Shown piece after piece: positions 62,475-64,000 of a stretch of 64,000 bases of DNA. Source of the DNA: Heptranchias perlo. Its lineage: Eukaryota. Position 1 is the first letter of the stretch; each line of letters starts with the position of its first letter. The DNA lies in contig NC_090336.1 in assembly GCF_035084215.1 (NCBI RefSeq), forward strand, positions 12,462,001 through 12,526,000. The letters run 5' to 3'. Made by a program: the position numbers and the translations under genes. The notes under the pieces were generated by a model, which ran no database searches, had not been told where the DNA came from, and saw nothing but the letters and a program-made list of their open reading frames with translations.

Positions 62475-63299
62475 GTCTTGCACTCAATCCCTGGTCCTGG
62501 ATGGTACATCTGATCTCGGGGATTGGGAAAATCAGCCTGGCTTCATGCTCCTGATCACTGCTGGAAAGTGTGTGTAGACGATGGGTCGGATCAGGCTTGC
62601 CCATGATGCCTTACCTTGCCTCAGTTTCTAGGCTTGTGCAGGAAAGTGGCTCCTTGGTCAAGGTGCTTTGATTTTCGAGCTTGTACATACAGTAGCCATG
62701 CAACAGCTTGCAGGTACGTGAACAGACCACGAGCGTGTCCCAGGTGGTACTGAACAAGACAGAAGGTTGCTGAACAATACAACAACCTCTGGGGATAGAC
62801 TTGTTGGGCACCAAATATTCTCCTCTAGAGGGAACCTGCAGGTTCCAAACTATTCTTTAAATCACGACACCTTGCCAGTAAATTAGCAACAATCCGCAGT
62901 CTGCTCCTGACAATTCAAAGTTGTCTTTTGCGTTTTTAAAAAAACTCGCAATATCCAAACATTTGAAGTAAACAATGCAAATAACAGCAAAATGGGAATT
63001 AGAAATGAATTTAAATTAAGTGGACCAGACTGGATAAAAAAGAATTTATTGACAGTAATGTTGGTAGATGGTGATCTGCTGCTGGCTAAATTACTCACAG
63101 ATGAGGATTGGGTTGTCGCTCATCATTAAAGGGGAGGGTTTTTATTGTTGGTCACTGACATCTGCTGGAAGAATTTTTTCCAGAATTTTTGAAGGGACAG
63201 ACGTGCTTTCCCCCCCCCACCCCTGTATTCCAGCCAGTAGCAGCTAACCAGCCGACCCCAGAGTGACCAAAAAAAACTGCTAACTGCTTCCGTAAAGAG

Positions 63300-64000
63300 G
63301 GACAAAACCAGAAAATGCTGGAAACACTCAGTTGGTCAGGCAGCGTCTGTGGAGAGAGAAACAGAGTTAATGTTTCAGGTCGATGACCGTTCGTCAGAAT
63401 TGGCAGAAGTTAGAGGTTTAACAGTTTTTAAGCAAGAGGTGGGGAGAGGAGAGGAAAGATCAAAAGGGAAGGTTTGTGATAGGGCAGGAGTGATGAAATG
63501 ACAAAAGGGATGATGGTGCCGGGCAAAGGGGGAGGTAATGGGACAGAGTAAGAAATAAAAGATGGGTCTAAAGGAGCTGAAAATGCCACAGCAGAACCAT
63601 TACCAGCACCTGCTGTCCGAAAAAATGGGAGCAGTGGTTATGATCTGAAGTTATTGAAATCAGTGTTGAGTCCGGAAGGTTGTAAAGTGCCTAATTGAAA
63701 GATGAGGTGCTGTTCCTCGAGCTTCCGTTGAGCTTCATTGGAACAGTGTAAGAGGCCGAGGACAGAGAGGTCAGAGTGAGTGGATGGAGAATTAAAATGG
63801 CAAGTGACCGGAAGCTCAGGGTCACACTTGCGGACTGAGTGGAGGTGTTCAGTAAAGTGATCACCCAATCTGTGTTTGGTCTCCCCAATGTAGAGATCAT
63901 CACATCACGAGCAGCGAATACAGTAGACGAAATTGAAAGAAGTACAAGTAAATCACTGTTTCACCTCGAAGGACTGTTTGGGGCCCTGGGTGATGGGCAG
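63300..64000 (-). mobile_element. Penelope-like element 3' end (GIY-YIG endonuclease C-terminus + 3' region with hammerhead-like motif)
   Basis: GDHFTEHLHSVRKCDPELPVTCHFNS...EAQRKLEEQHLIFQLGTLQPSGLNTDF; CTGACGA...GAAA motif at 63365-63401(-). Confidence 0.88.

Overview
Repeat-rich vertebrate genomic DNA. The transposon repertoire (CR1/L2 LINEs, Deu-domain SINEs, Penelope remnants, Harbinger) points to a cartilaginous fish (inference). Two protein-coding genes lie head-to-head. ARHGAP1 (p50RhoGAP/Cdc42GAP) is on the minus strand: nine coding exons between 21113 and 2388 with consistent GT-AG phases, a promoter at ~27.3-27.9 kb next to an assembly gap, and 3' exons lying off the left edge. TRAF6 is on the plus strand: candidate CpG promoter ~40.4-40.7 kb, a candidate non-coding exon at 54393-54569, and the first coding (RING) exon at 61506-61826. 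Almost all long ORFs in the track are minisatellite translations or decayed retroelements. The most notable observations are: minimal hammerhead-ribozyme motifs in two Penelope-type families; a TSD-flanked LINE that begins with a tRNA-like (Pol III) SINE head and carries an inverted copy of its own family; ARHGAP1 rather than RAG1 directly upstream of TRAF6; a candidate alternative first coding exon and an 18-nt microexon in ARHGAP1; a TRAF6 promoter sandwiched between kb-scale G/purine-skewed arrays; and a three-level nested SINE/L2/Harbinger insertion. No database searches were run; family names come from recalled sequence similarity.
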